Positions 1 through 10,351 are shown, counted from the stretch's first letter. The stretch: 19,939 nucleotides of DNA from Octopus sinensis (GCF_006345805.1 NW_021823910.1:1-19939); one strand, 5' to 3'. Notes: generated by a model from the letters alone, not told the origin. A program made the numbers and translations.

Positions 1-405
1 AATGTGATTGCAGATATAGATGAAGATTGAGCTTCAAACATGAAATAAACGTTATATGTGAGATGAAATAATATATTTTTAGTTTTCAATCAATCAAATG
101 GAATTATTTGAAGTTCAATGGGACATTAAGGCAAAATCAAAATATTTTTTGGATAGGATATTTTGAGTTTCTTAAAAATTTTGAGTTTGTTCGAGGGACA
201 GTTACATATTTAAAATATGTTTTAATGTCCGTAGCAGTCATAATGTTTTGTTGTATTAAAAATATTATTTTAATTTATTTATTTAAAAGCATCTTTTAGT
301 ATATCATTAAATTGTACTCTAATTAACTTTATATATAATTTGAATTTTATGCCTGCGACGATTAAGAAAATAAAATTTCTGTTCATCTTTACTTGATCTC
401 AGAAA

Positions 406-780
406 TTTTTTTTTTTTTTTTTTTTTTTTATATGTAATTAACAATAGTTATTAACTAACTAAATTCCCGGCATCGTAAATGGAAACACAGTTTCCACGTA
501 CTATGGCCAAGGAAATCCTTTCGAAAAGCCACTTGGACTCGCGTGGGTCTCCCCGTTTATGGGAGATCATGCGGCCAAGCTTTTTTAGAAAGGAAAGAGA
601 CTTTTCGCCGATGACGCCGGAAGTCTCGACGGCGATGGGAGTGAACAGATACCGTTCAGAGAGCTCCTTGTACTTTCCAATCTTCATCTTCTCGGTTTTG
701 CGAGAGACTGAGCCAGGCTCGACAGCTGAAGAAGGAAGGTTGAGCTCCGAGAAAGTGTCTGAACACGGAATATCTGACCA
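406..780 (-). mobile_element. 5'-truncated CRE-clade (restriction-like endonuclease) non-LTR retrotransposon 3' end with poly(A) tail
   Basis: The minus strand reads WSDIPCSDTF...RKTEKMKIGKYKELSERYLFTPIAVETSGVIG...WLFERISLAIVRGN, matching the recalled C-terminal motifs of CRE-type RLE elements (W..TC.DT, K..KY, P.A.ET.G..G, QRIS.A..RGN). A short 3'UTR follows, then a 24-T run on + (406-429), i.e. poly(A) on -. Confidence 0.85.
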
Positions 781-909
781 AAAGGAAAGTGATCAAGTCT
801 ACGAAGAACATTTTGATGTTTCAATTAGATTATTTGACTCTCAATCATCGTAAATACCACTGCTGCAAGATGTAACGAGATGTTGATATCTAGCTCAGGC
901 CGCCCACAC

Positions 910-1960
910 TTTTTTTATAGAAAGATTAAGACAGAAAGAGAACATGTTACCAAGGAACTAACTAATCTAAACGAAGTCATATGTTTCTTCTGCTCCATCT
1001 TCCTCTTCTCATTTTTGTTGTATGGACGATGAAGAAAGCTTGGAATGATTCATTCATTTGAAATTTATCACAGAAATTCATTTAGATTTCATCCTGTCTA
1101 AAGACTGGTATAAAACAGGTTTGTTTATAAACTCATAATCCCCGCAACATGTTTTATCAAGTCACTCCCAGAGGTATTTGGGGATGGAACACTCGCAAGA
1201 GCTTTACATTTCGTTAAAAAGATATGAATTAGACTGGGAACCAACATTTTGGTGGTTTTCACGACGCCACGTTGTCTGAAAGCAATTTTCCTAATAACTT
1301 TGATAGCCTTACATTTGTTGGTGTGGTGTATCTGAATCGTATGTGCTTTTTCCTATGGAAAGGACAAGGAATCATGCTGGGCTTTGAGTACTACTGGAAT
1401 ATTTGAGTCACATTATTACATTATGACTAATCGGTCTGTTCAGTTTCAGAACAGTAGTTGATAGACTGTTCGTGGAGTAAAAGTAACAGCGGGTGTTTTG
1501 ATGAACTCGATGCCAACTCGTATTCTTTCGTAAAGTTGTTCTGCTGGTTTCTACTTTACTTTGGACAAATTCTAAGTCGTCCCAGAACGAGTCCCTTGAC
1601 TGTGAGGGAAGCAAGAGCCTGATATCCGCTATAGCCGCTTTAGTTGGCAGGATACGGAGCGGTGGGATTTCACACTTCGCAGGAACATGCTCTTCTCGGC
1701 ACATTTACTCGCATTCCGAAAAAAGCCATCCCATAGGAATTGAAAACTACTTCTGTCCTCTGACTGCTAAATAGGCAGCGAGGAGTGTATGCCCTAGCCT
1801 CAGCTCCGAATTCGGGGTGAGGATCACAAACGGTTTCGAGGCCCCAGTTTACGCTTTCTTCTAACTTAGCACTCAACTCCCTCCACGCAGACATGAAGGT
1901 CAATTTACGCAACACTTTCAATAGCATAAGGAGAGATTATATCCTTGAAGCTTGGAACGA
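910..1960 (-). pseudogene. Decayed ORF of unknown identity (possibly virus-derived)
   Basis: Overlapping minus-strand ORFs 1670-1927 and 1408-1704, plus a further open stretch about 1125-1350 (KAIKVIRKIAFRQRGVVKTTKMLVPSLIHIFLTKC...), could join by frameshifts. GC is higher than the flanks, and the region ends at CTATAAAAAAA (A7; 910-920). No family motif was recognised with confidence. Confidence 0.3.
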
Positions 1961-2370
1961 CTGTGCTTTTAAGGTGTCAAAGTTTTTATTAAAAATTAAC
2001 GATAAATTTACCCGAAAAATTTATTAGTATAAACCTAAAACAAATAACAATATTCAAACGTATACGTTAACTGAATAAATTGAATTGGTTGGTTTTGTTT
2101 ATACAAATTAGTAAAAAAAGCCTCTAATAATTAATTATCATAATTTTAATCCAGAATGAATACTGTATTATATGTCTATGCCTTACAGTGGGAGCCTGGT
2201 TATGCTGAAGTTTACTTAATATGTTATAATCAATAAGAATAAAGATTACATTAAAGCGGGATCATCAACATGGACTATTCACGGCCTATGGTCCATTATT
2301 TTTAATCATTTTTTACAAAATTAGAAAGTTTCACAATATAAAAAATAATTTTAAATCTCTAACATATTAA

Positions 2371-2557
2371 GCGAATTCGGCCTTCTCGGCTGACGAACCG
2401 GGACGACAAGCCGTTGAATTCAAGGCTCCAGCACAGTCGGCACAGGTGACGTCCCAACAGAGCTGCTTCCCGGATTCAAAAGTGAAAAGTGTACAGCCGT
2501 CTGGACGTTTGGCATCTTCAAGGACAAGGTCCGTCGGTTCCAGAATTGAAGGGAAAG
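2371..2557 (-). mobile_element. CRE-clade retrotransposon endonuclease fragment
   Basis: Manual minus-strand translation gives FPSILEPTDLVLEDAKRPDGCTLFTFESGKQLCWDVTCAD...GSSAEKAE, with the LEP..L...D.KRPDG and WDVTC motifs of the RLE domain. It is not in the ORF track. Confidence 0.85.
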
Positions 2558-3113
2558 TTGTTTAAGAGATGACTAAGAGATGACCATTTTTTAATTTACT
2601 AATGCTATTAATGAGCAAAAACTGTTGGTAAAGATACATCATTAATATTATGGTGCATGACCTTTCGCAACAATTACTGCCTTTAATCTTCATTGTTTTT
2701 GTTAATTTAAAGCATTGTTCTTTGGAAATTTTATTCCATTCCTCCCGACAAGATATTTTTAAATTGGCTAGGACAATTTAATAAATTAATTAACTAGAAA
2801 TAAGGGGAAAAAGAAAAGAATGATAAATATTTTGGGGTCAGGCAGATTCGTGAACCCTAGCCACTTTACAAAAGACTCATATAAGTTAACGTTTGCAACA
2901 GGGAAGCTTGTTGCTCTTCTCATTGCAAGACGAAAGTTAAACCTTCGCCATAAAAAGCGCTCAAGTAGCAACAAGGAGCATGACTGTGGTAAGCTGGTCT
3001 CCGGGTATTCTGAACATTTGAATAGCCTTGTTAAAGAGAGATTTAATATTCAGAACGACTGGTTCTCCCAAGTTGAAAGGACAGTGCATGAAGTCTTGAA
3101 GAAAATCAAACGG

Positions 3114-3131
3114 ACAGGACAACAAGGTATG
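3114..3131 (+). repeat. Left copy of exact 18-bp direct repeat ACAGGACAACAAGGTATG (partner at 5238-5255)
   Basis: Identical 18-mers at 3114-3131 and 5238-5255 bracket the viral N pseudogene; candidate target-site duplication. Confidence 0.8.
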
Positions 3132-3234
3132 CTTTTGCAAGTTCAATCAATCAATTAAGTTTATTGTAATTAACAGAGAAAGAGAAAAGATACTCAAATC
3201 ATACAGTACGTATAAAGTCACTGTGAAAACACGA

Positions 3235-4978
3235 ATGAGAAGTTTCGCAGATTACATGAAAGATTCAATTGGCGAGAATGACTACGAACAGATAGAAAAG
3301 GCACACGGCCTTAAAGATGGAGATGAACCGAAACCTCGCACTATCCCCCTGGGGGAGTTTTTAAAGCCAAAAGATGAGGATCGGGAAAACCCAAATTATC
3401 AGAAAGTTTATATGAGCGGCGGACCAATGCTCCTAAACATGAATGTCAAGATGAAGGTTGGGACTTTCGCAAGAAAGTACAAGCCTTTTACAATTGAGTT
3501 GAAGTATAAGTACACGAGAAATGATCGGGCGATAATTAATACCCTTGGTAGAATGACGGAGTTTAACCAGAACTTGGTGACTTCTAGTCTCGCCATTTTC
3601 CTAATGAATTACACATTCGATGCGCCTGCCCACTTTGGAGATGTCACGATTACTGAGGAGTACCAGGATATAACTGGTTACTCTCTAGTTGGATATGGCT
3701 TCAAGATAAAGACTGCCGAAATGGCAATGAACTTTGGGGAATCAGGAGCTGAAAGAGGGAGGGCGACTATTGATGAATGGAGAGTAGCTTTGATGAGGGC
3801 TCTCTCACCAGTGAGGTTCGCACATGCCGCTGAGAGAAATCCGGATGCGATCGAACATCTAATACAGAGGTATCATTCAGTAATGAGGAATCTTGATCCA
3901 ACATACCAGCCAGAAAGATCATTTGTTCTTAAAATGTACCAAAAGTATTTGCCTGACATGGGACTTGATAAACTCTGCTGCCTTCTGGATAAAATGTTAT
4001 ACACTTGTCCAGAAGACCCAAATGTCCGCATTGCGTTTTTGTACCATTCCTTTTTATAACCCAGGAAATGCTGTTTTATCGAGGGTGGTCTTATTGTGTG
4101 CAGCCTTTCCAAGAGAACTCGAAAGGGCTGTCATGTTTGAATCACTATTCGCCCTGCACATGTCAACGAAGTCAGTCGATTTATAGGCCACTGCTTCGAA
4201 GTTCTTGATCCTGACCATCTCTGTATATATCAGAAAGGATTAGGTCTTGTTAAAGCTTCAGCCTTCAGTTCCATGTCTCTGCCTGGTTACTTCATGTATA
4301 GCAGTGCTATCGCAGCAATGATCAAACACCCGAAGTTTATGTTTTCATGGTCCATTACTCCGAATCCTCAGGCGATGGTTAACGGTTTTCTGTTTGCCAT
4401 TATGCACGAAACGTACAGAACTACAAGAGAAACTCCAGCGCTCACTGCGCAAGAATATGCTATCGAGAAAGCAATAAAGTATGATCTTTCGAAAAATGTG
4501 CCGTCTGAGGACCCAAGAAAAAGATTGACAGACGCAGAGTACGAGATTTACTGTGAGATAATCCAGACAGAGGAATACAAAAAGGTGGAGCGAGATATAG
4601 CAAAAGTGATAAATCCTTACACCTCTCTTGTTGTAAGATTGAGAAGAAGAATGCTATACCACCCTTATTTGACCCCCAGGAGTATGATCACATTAAATCC
4701 CGAGTTGGAAACCAAAGAAAAAGAGAAGGCTCATTACTTGAGTTTTCACAAATTATGAGCCAATTTCACACCCTGACATAACATTCATGGGTGGTGTTCC
4801 AAGATACTCCTTGGCGGACGAGAAAGAAAGGAGAAGATAAAAGGAGGATAATATGGATAGACTAAATGAGACCAAGCGCACCGCAGGAGAAAGAGAAAAT
4901 TTGAGGAGCCTCCACTTCGGCTCAGATGACGAGCCCAGTGATGATGAGAATGATGGCAGTAGCAGCGAGGAAAATTAA
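3235..4978 (+). pseudogene. Endogenous viral element: rhabdovirus-like (Mononegavirales) nucleoprotein N, disrupted
   Basis: ORFs 3223-4059 and 4273-4758 share one frame. Blocks align collinearly with vesiculovirus N as recalled: DEWRVALMRALSPVRF ~ DKWLPLYLLGLYRV; KYLPDMGLDKLCCLLDKMLY ~ VWGNDSNYTKIVAAVDMFFH; NEVSRFIGHCFEVLDPDHLCIYQKGLGLVKASAFSSMSLP (frame read from 4141) ~ DEMVQMMLPGQEIDKADSYMPYLIDFGLSSKSPYSSVKNP. D-to-Y spacing is 80 codons here versus 78 in VSV. Lesions: TAA 4057-4059 and TGA 4138-4140 (or a compensating frameshift pair through the 3893-4186 frame), a shift near 4742, and TAA 4838-4840 before an acidic tail ending at TAA 4976-4978. Confidence 0.85.
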
Positions 4979-5237
4979 TTCTTTTAGTTAGTTTCTTTCT
5001 TTTGCAAGTTCTGAAGGAAAAAAATTTATATAATAAAAAAGTATCATTCCGAAATTTTGTTGAAATTCAATGAATAAAGATAAATGAGAAAATTTCAAAT
5101 AAGCGATATAAACAGATTGAAAGAATAAACTCGCAAATATTACAAAATGATGAAATTTATTAATTAAAAGAAACTACATCGCAAAAATATTCCTTCTAAT
5201 CCAATTAAATAAAAAAAAAGATTGACCAAATAATGTA

Positions 5238-5255
5238 ACAGGACAACAAGGTATG
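5238..5255 (+). repeat. Right copy of exact 18-bp direct repeat ACAGGACAACAAGGTATG
   Basis: Identical to 3114-3131. Confidence 0.8.
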
Positions 5256-5336
5256 TCAAAAGAGTGCTCACACGTGCCACAATTTATTATGTTTTATATT
5301 AATAATTGGTTAAAAAAATTATAAAATTAAAAAATA

Positions 5337-5557
5337 AAATATTCAGAGCTCAAGGACAGGTTCATAGTGCAACCGATTATTGTGGAGTCATCTGGAGTCT
5401 TCGGTCCGGAATCATCTCTTTCATTAGGAAACTTGGATCCCTGATCTCGGTTCAGACGAAAGATAGAAGGGAGACCGAATGGCTGTTTCAACGCCTTTCA
5501 ACAACCGTTGTCAGGGGTAATAGCCACGCTATCCTTTCTGCTCTTAAGCAACCTTAA
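5337..5557 (+). mobile_element. CRE-clade retrotransposon 3' coding fragment
   Basis: Reads KYSELKDRFIVQPIIVESSGVFGPES, then a frameshift, then FIRKLGSLISVQTKDRRETEWLFQRLSTTVVRGNSHAIL*. Same motif set as 451-687, but a diverged family member. Confidence 0.85.
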
Positions 5558-5642
5558 TCTTAATAATAAAATGGTATGGTGTGTGTCTGTCTGTCTGTCT
5601 GTCTGTTGTCTGTCTGTGTGTGCACACCAACTTCAAATTGGC

Positions 5643-8305
5643 AATACGATGTCTCGACACATGATGAGGTCCTTAAAACCTTCCCCCCAAAAAAATAAAA
5701 AAAAATTTTCTGCATTTTGGTTAAAATGAACAACTACAATGTCCTCGACTTACATGATGAAGTCCTTAAAACCTTCCCCCCAAAAAAAATTAAAAAAAAT
5801 TTTCTGCATTTGGTTAAAATGAACAACTACAATGTCCTCGACTTACATGATGAAGTCCTTAAAACCTTCCCCCCAAAAAAATTAAAAAAAAATTTTCTGC
5901 ATTTTGGTTAAAATGAACAACTACAATGTCCTCGACTTACATGATGAAGTCCTTATAAAACCTTCCCCCCCAAAAAAAATTAAAAAAAAATTTCTGCATT
6001 TTTTGGTAAATGAACAACTACAATGTCCTCGACTTACATGATGAAGTCCTTAAAACCTTCCCCCCAAAAAAATTAAAAAAAAATTTCTGTGCATTTGGTT
6101 AAAATGAACAACTACAATGTCCTCGACTTACATGATGAAGTCCTTAAAACCTTCCCCCCCAAAAAAAATTAAAAAAAAATTTTCTGCATTTTGGTTAAAA
6201 TGAACAACTACAATGTCCTCGACTTACATGATGAAGTCCTTAAAACCTTCCCCCCAAAAAAAATTAAAAAAAATTTTCTGCATTTTGGTTAAAATGAACA
6301 ACTACAATGTCCTCGACTTACATGATGAAGTCCTTAAAACCTTCCCCCCAAAAAAAATTAAAAAAAATTTTCTGCATTTTGGTTAAAATGAACAACTACA
6401 ATGTCCTCGACTTACATGATGAAGTCCTTAAAACCTTCCCTCCCAAAAAAAATTAAAAAAAATTTTCTGCATTTTGGTTAAAATGAACAACTACAATGTC
6501 CTCGACTTACATGATGAAGTCCTTACCTTAAAACCTCCCCCCCAAAAAAAAAAATTTCTAATTTTTTAAAAAAAAAAATTCGTTCTACATTTGGGTCTTA
6601 AAATTCCCCCCAAAATGAAACAAAAAAAAATAAATTGTCCTCTGACTGCTCGACTACATGATGAAGTCCTTAAAACCTTCCCCCCAAAAAAAATTAAAAA
6701 AAAATTTTCTGCATTTTGGGTTAAATTAAAATGAACCTACAATGTCCTCGACTTACATGATGATGAAGTCCTTAAAACCTTCCCCCCCAAAAAAAATTAA
6801 AAAAAAATTTTCTGCATTTTGGTTAAAATGAACAACTACAATGTCCTCGACTTACATGATGAAGTCCTTAAAACCTTCCCCCCAAAAAAATTAAAAAAAA
6901 ATTTCTGCATTTTGGTTAAAATGAACAACTACAATGTCCTCGACTTACATGATGAAGTCCTTAAAACCTTCCCCCCCAAAAAAATTAAAAAAAAATTTTC
7001 TGCATTTTGGTTAAAATGAACAACTACAATGTCCTCGACTTACATGATGAAGTCCTTAAAACTTCCCCCCCAAAAAAATTAAAAAAAAATTTTCTGATTT
7101 TGGTTAAAATGAACAACTACAATGTCCTCGACTTACATGATGAAGTCCTTAAAACCTTCCCCCCCAAAAAAAATTAAAAAAAAATTTTCTGCATTTTGGT
7201 TAAAATGAACAACTACAATGTCCTCGACTTACATGATGAAGTCCTTAAAACCTTCCCCCCAAAAAAAATTAAAAAAAAATTTTCTGCATTTTGGTTAAAA
7301 TGAACAACTACAATGTCCTCGACTTACATGATGAAGTCCTTAAAACCTTCCCCCCAAAAAAAATTAAAAAAAAATTTCTGCATTTTGGTTAAAATGAACA
7401 ACTACAATGTCCTCGACTTACATGATGAAGTCCTTAAAACCTTCCCTCCCAAAAAAAATTAAAAAAAAATTTTCTGCATTTTGGTTAAAATGAACAACTA
7501 CAATGTCCTCGACTTACATGATGAAGTCCTTAAAACCTTCCCCCCCAAAAAAATTAAAAAAAATTTTCTGCATTTTGGTTAAAATGAACAACTACAATGT
7601 CCTCGACTTACATGATGAAGTCCTTAAAACTTCCCCCCCAAAAAAAATTAAAAAAAAAATTTTCTGCATTTTGGTTAAAATGACAACTACAATGTCCTCG
7701 ACTTACATGATGAAGTCCTTAAAACCTTCCCCCCAAAAAAAATTAAAAAAAAATTTCTGCATTTTGGTTAAAATGAACAACTACAATGTCCTCGACTTAC
7801 ATGATGAAGTCCTTAAAACCTTCCCCCCCAAAAAAATTAAAAAATTAAAAAAAAATTTTCTGCATTTTGGTTAAAATGAACAACTACAATGTCCTCGACT
7901 TACATGATGAAGTCCTTAAAACCTTCCCCCCCAAAAAAAAATTAAAAAAAATTTTCTGCATTTGGTTAAAATGAACAACTACAATGTCCTCGACTTACAT
8001 GATGAAGTCCTTAAAACCTTCCCCCCCAAAAAAAATTAAAAAAAAATTTTCTGCATTTTGGTTAAAATGAACAACTACAATGTCCTCGACTTACATGATG
8101 AAGTCCTTAAAACCTTCCCCCCCAAAAAAATTAAAAAAAATTTTCTGCATTTTGGTTAAAATGAACAACTACAATGTCCTCGACTTACATGATGAAGTCC
8201 TTAAAACCTTCCCCCCCAAAAATCAAAAAATTATTTTCTGCATTTTGATTAAAATGAACAACGCGAATGTCCTCGACCTTCATGATGAGGTCCATTAAAA
8301 CCTTC
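5643..8305 (+). repeat. Tandem array of ~94-bp unit, ~28 copies, inside Helitron
   Basis: Unit ATGAACAACTACAATGTCCTCGACTTACATGATGAAGTCCTTAAAACCTTC(C)n(A)nTT(A)nTTTTCTGCATTTTGGTTAAA. Period is 93-96 bp, with variation mostly in homopolymer runs and one garbled unit at about 6525-6660. Confidence 0.97.
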
Positions 8306-8516
8306 AAGGCAAAAATCTCACGTATTAAGAATATCCTTGATGATGAAACGACAGCGGAATATTAACAATGATGAACTCCCAATTATTCGCGATAAAGAAA
8401 TTCAATTCATCCTATGTTTTTCTCTTTAAAATTAAATGCATATATCATTATCGACCATGAATCAAAATTAAAGCTATTATCATATTTGACTTTGACAGAA
8501 TTTGCAATCACAGATT

Positions 8517-8721
8517 GCACGACTTTGAATAGAGTGTGCAATTAACAGATTTTGAAAAACCACTTTGATAGTTGAAACCACATTAGCACAATCATTAACA
8601 CAATTTACCACCAATTGACGCACGACCTTGAATAGAGTGTGCAATTAACAGATTTTGAAAAACACTTTGATAGTTGAAACCACATTAGCACAACCATTAA
8701 CACAATTTACCACCAATTGAC
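8517..8721. repeat. Tandem duplication of a ~103-bp unit (2 copies)
   Basis: GCACGAC(T/C)TTGAATAGAGTGTGCAATTAACAG...CCACCAATTGAC starts at 8517 and again at 8620, with only a few differences. Confidence 0.9.
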
Positions 8722-8758
8722 AGCGCAATCAGAAGAATTTGCGTAAAATATTAACTAT

Positions 8759-10351
8759 TGTCGCGCGCAATGGATGAAACGCGTGCCTAAAGCGAAACGC
8801 TGTGAACCTTGAGAAAACCACAAAAAACTCGAAAATAAAATAACAATCCTTTGATGAAAACAGGAATAAAACCGAGAAATCAATTTTTATTATTATCGTT
8901 TGAAAGATTAACAATTTATTTAAATAATGGTTAGCCATTTTAAAATTACCAAAAAATTAAAAATATTTTAACCTGAAAATTTACCTGTCTAAATTTTTTA
9001 ACTTGTGATTTAAATACTATTTTTTCATTTCCATCTTGATCTTTTATTTTAACTCTATTATTTGAAATTAAATCTTCAACAGTAAGATTTGTTGATGATA
9101 AAAAGATTCTAATTTTCGCTTCTTCGTCCTTTGATTTGTATCAAAATCTTTTTTCAGCAAAACATTATTTCCAACTGCAATTTCTTTCAATGTTTTTGAA
9201 AAATTTCGTTCCATTCTTTCAAGATATTTGTCATTTATGATAGTTTGATTTTCATGTTCTTCAATTAATTCATCATCATTATAATAAGAAATGTTATATC
9301 CTCTTGTTCGGAAAAAAGCCATAAATGGTGACATATTTATAGAAGAATGAATTGAAATATTGTACTGATATACAATTTTTTCTAACACATCCACCCATTT
9401 TTTCTGTTTGTCTGTGAGTTCTTTTTGAATCCATCTGCAAATGGTTTGATTGCAACGCTCCACTTGTCCCTGTGATTCTGGATGTCTTGGACGTCCCCTT
9501 TTATGAATTATTTTAAATTCTTCACATAATGACGTTATTTCTGAATTAACAAATTCTGTTCCGTTGTCAGACTGCAGAATTTTTGGTGGACCATAGGAAA
9601 GAAATATAGTTTTCAATGATTCCGAAACTGTAACTGCTTCTTTATTTTCTATTTTTTTAGCAAAGCAAAATTTTGAATAAATATCTATGACATTCATAAG
9701 ATATTTATAGGAATCATTTATATCTGCATAAAACGAAAGATCGACTAAATCAACTTGATAGCTAAAAATAAGCTATTGAATGAACCGTTCTCGAGGTTCT
9801 TTGGCTACTATGTTGACTAGTGGATATTTTGTCTTTAAGGGCTGACTTCGCTGACATTTGTGGCATAATGATATTACATCCCTAATTATGTTTCGATTGA
9901 TTATGTAAAAATTATTTTTGCAATACTCTTCCATTTTATTAAATCCATAGTGATAAATTGAATGAATCCTTTCACAATGCAGTTTCATGGATTCGAAATC
10001 ATTTGAGGCAATTACCAATATTTTGTTTCCATCAGATTGTTTATAATATAGCACACCTATCATTAGATTTAATAGTACCTCCAGAATTTACGAAATTTCT
10101 ACATTTTTTGAGAAAAACGAAATCTTTTTAGTCTTGAAAAATCTTCTGGTATTGTATTATTTATTAAAAAATCAAGAATATTCTTATACTCCTGATCATC
10201 CTTTACAATGTTGGCAAATCTCATTTCGATAATATTATCTCAAAGTGCGCAATCATCTTTATATTGACTTGATAATTGTCAAGAGCTTAATGAAGGTTAA
10301 ATTCAAGGTCACGGCGTCACTTTAGGCACGCGTTTATTTTGCGCGTGAAAA
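8759..10351 (-). mobile_element. Ginger-like DNA transposon (Gypsy-type integrase with terminal inverted repeats)
   Basis: A perfect 16-bp inverted core AAACGCGTGCCTAAAG (8777-8792) / CTTTAGGCACGCGTTT (10320-10335) sits within ~50-bp imperfect IRs. The left end begins TGT at 8759. The IRs enclose an H2C2 plus rve integrase gene, with no gag, RT or LTRs. Exact termini and TSD are uncertain. Confidence 0.7.
8960..10224 (-). pseudogene. Integrase/transposase (H2C2 zinc finger + DDE rve core), intron-containing, frameshifted
   Basis: ATG at 10224 (MRFANIVKDDQEYKNILDFL...). Zinc finger HSIYHYG...CHKC; catalytic motifs YQVDLVD, ILQSDNGTEF and HPESQGQVER. Predicted GT-AG introns at 10057-10078 and 9762-9785. 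A 1-nt shift in a T-run near 10115 and further shifts after about 9100. Confidence 0.88.

Noticed and set aside
108-299. Short AT-rich ORFs (also 8729-8938, 13838-14020, 15135-15338, 16100-16439, 19427-19825)
   Set aside because: Low-complexity or wrong-frame translations with no motifs; several overlap TE fragments read in another frame.
479-853. 124-aa plus-strand ORF
   Set aside because: Mostly the antisense shadow of the CRE fragment; no recognisable motif.
2820-3158. 112-aa ORF upstream of the EVE
   Set aside because: No recognisable family motif, and its 3' end runs through the direct repeats. Left unassigned, though a viral or TE origin cannot be excluded.
4057-4840. Alternative nuclear genetic code (stop readthrough) explaining the EVE stops
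   Set aside because: Both TAA and TGA would need reassignment. The long AT-rich integrase and RT ORFs lack internal TAA/TAG, and the Helitron and CRE ORFs end in normal TAG/TAA.
5717-8298. ORF-track proteins MVKMNNYNVLDLHDEV... and MSSTYMMKSL... (also 17395-17997)
   Set aside because: By-products of translating the tandem repeat; the frames change with homopolymer length.
5643-8305. CRISPR-like repeat array
   Set aside because: The units are contiguous near-identical tandem copies with no unique spacers; variation is only in homopolymer length. There are no cas genes and the context is eukaryotic.
8759-10351. LTR retrotransposon or prokaryotic IS3/IS481 element
   Set aside because: No gag, RT or LTR is adjacent, and inverted rather than direct terminal repeats plus apparent spliceosomal introns point to a eukaryotic Ginger-like DNA transposon.
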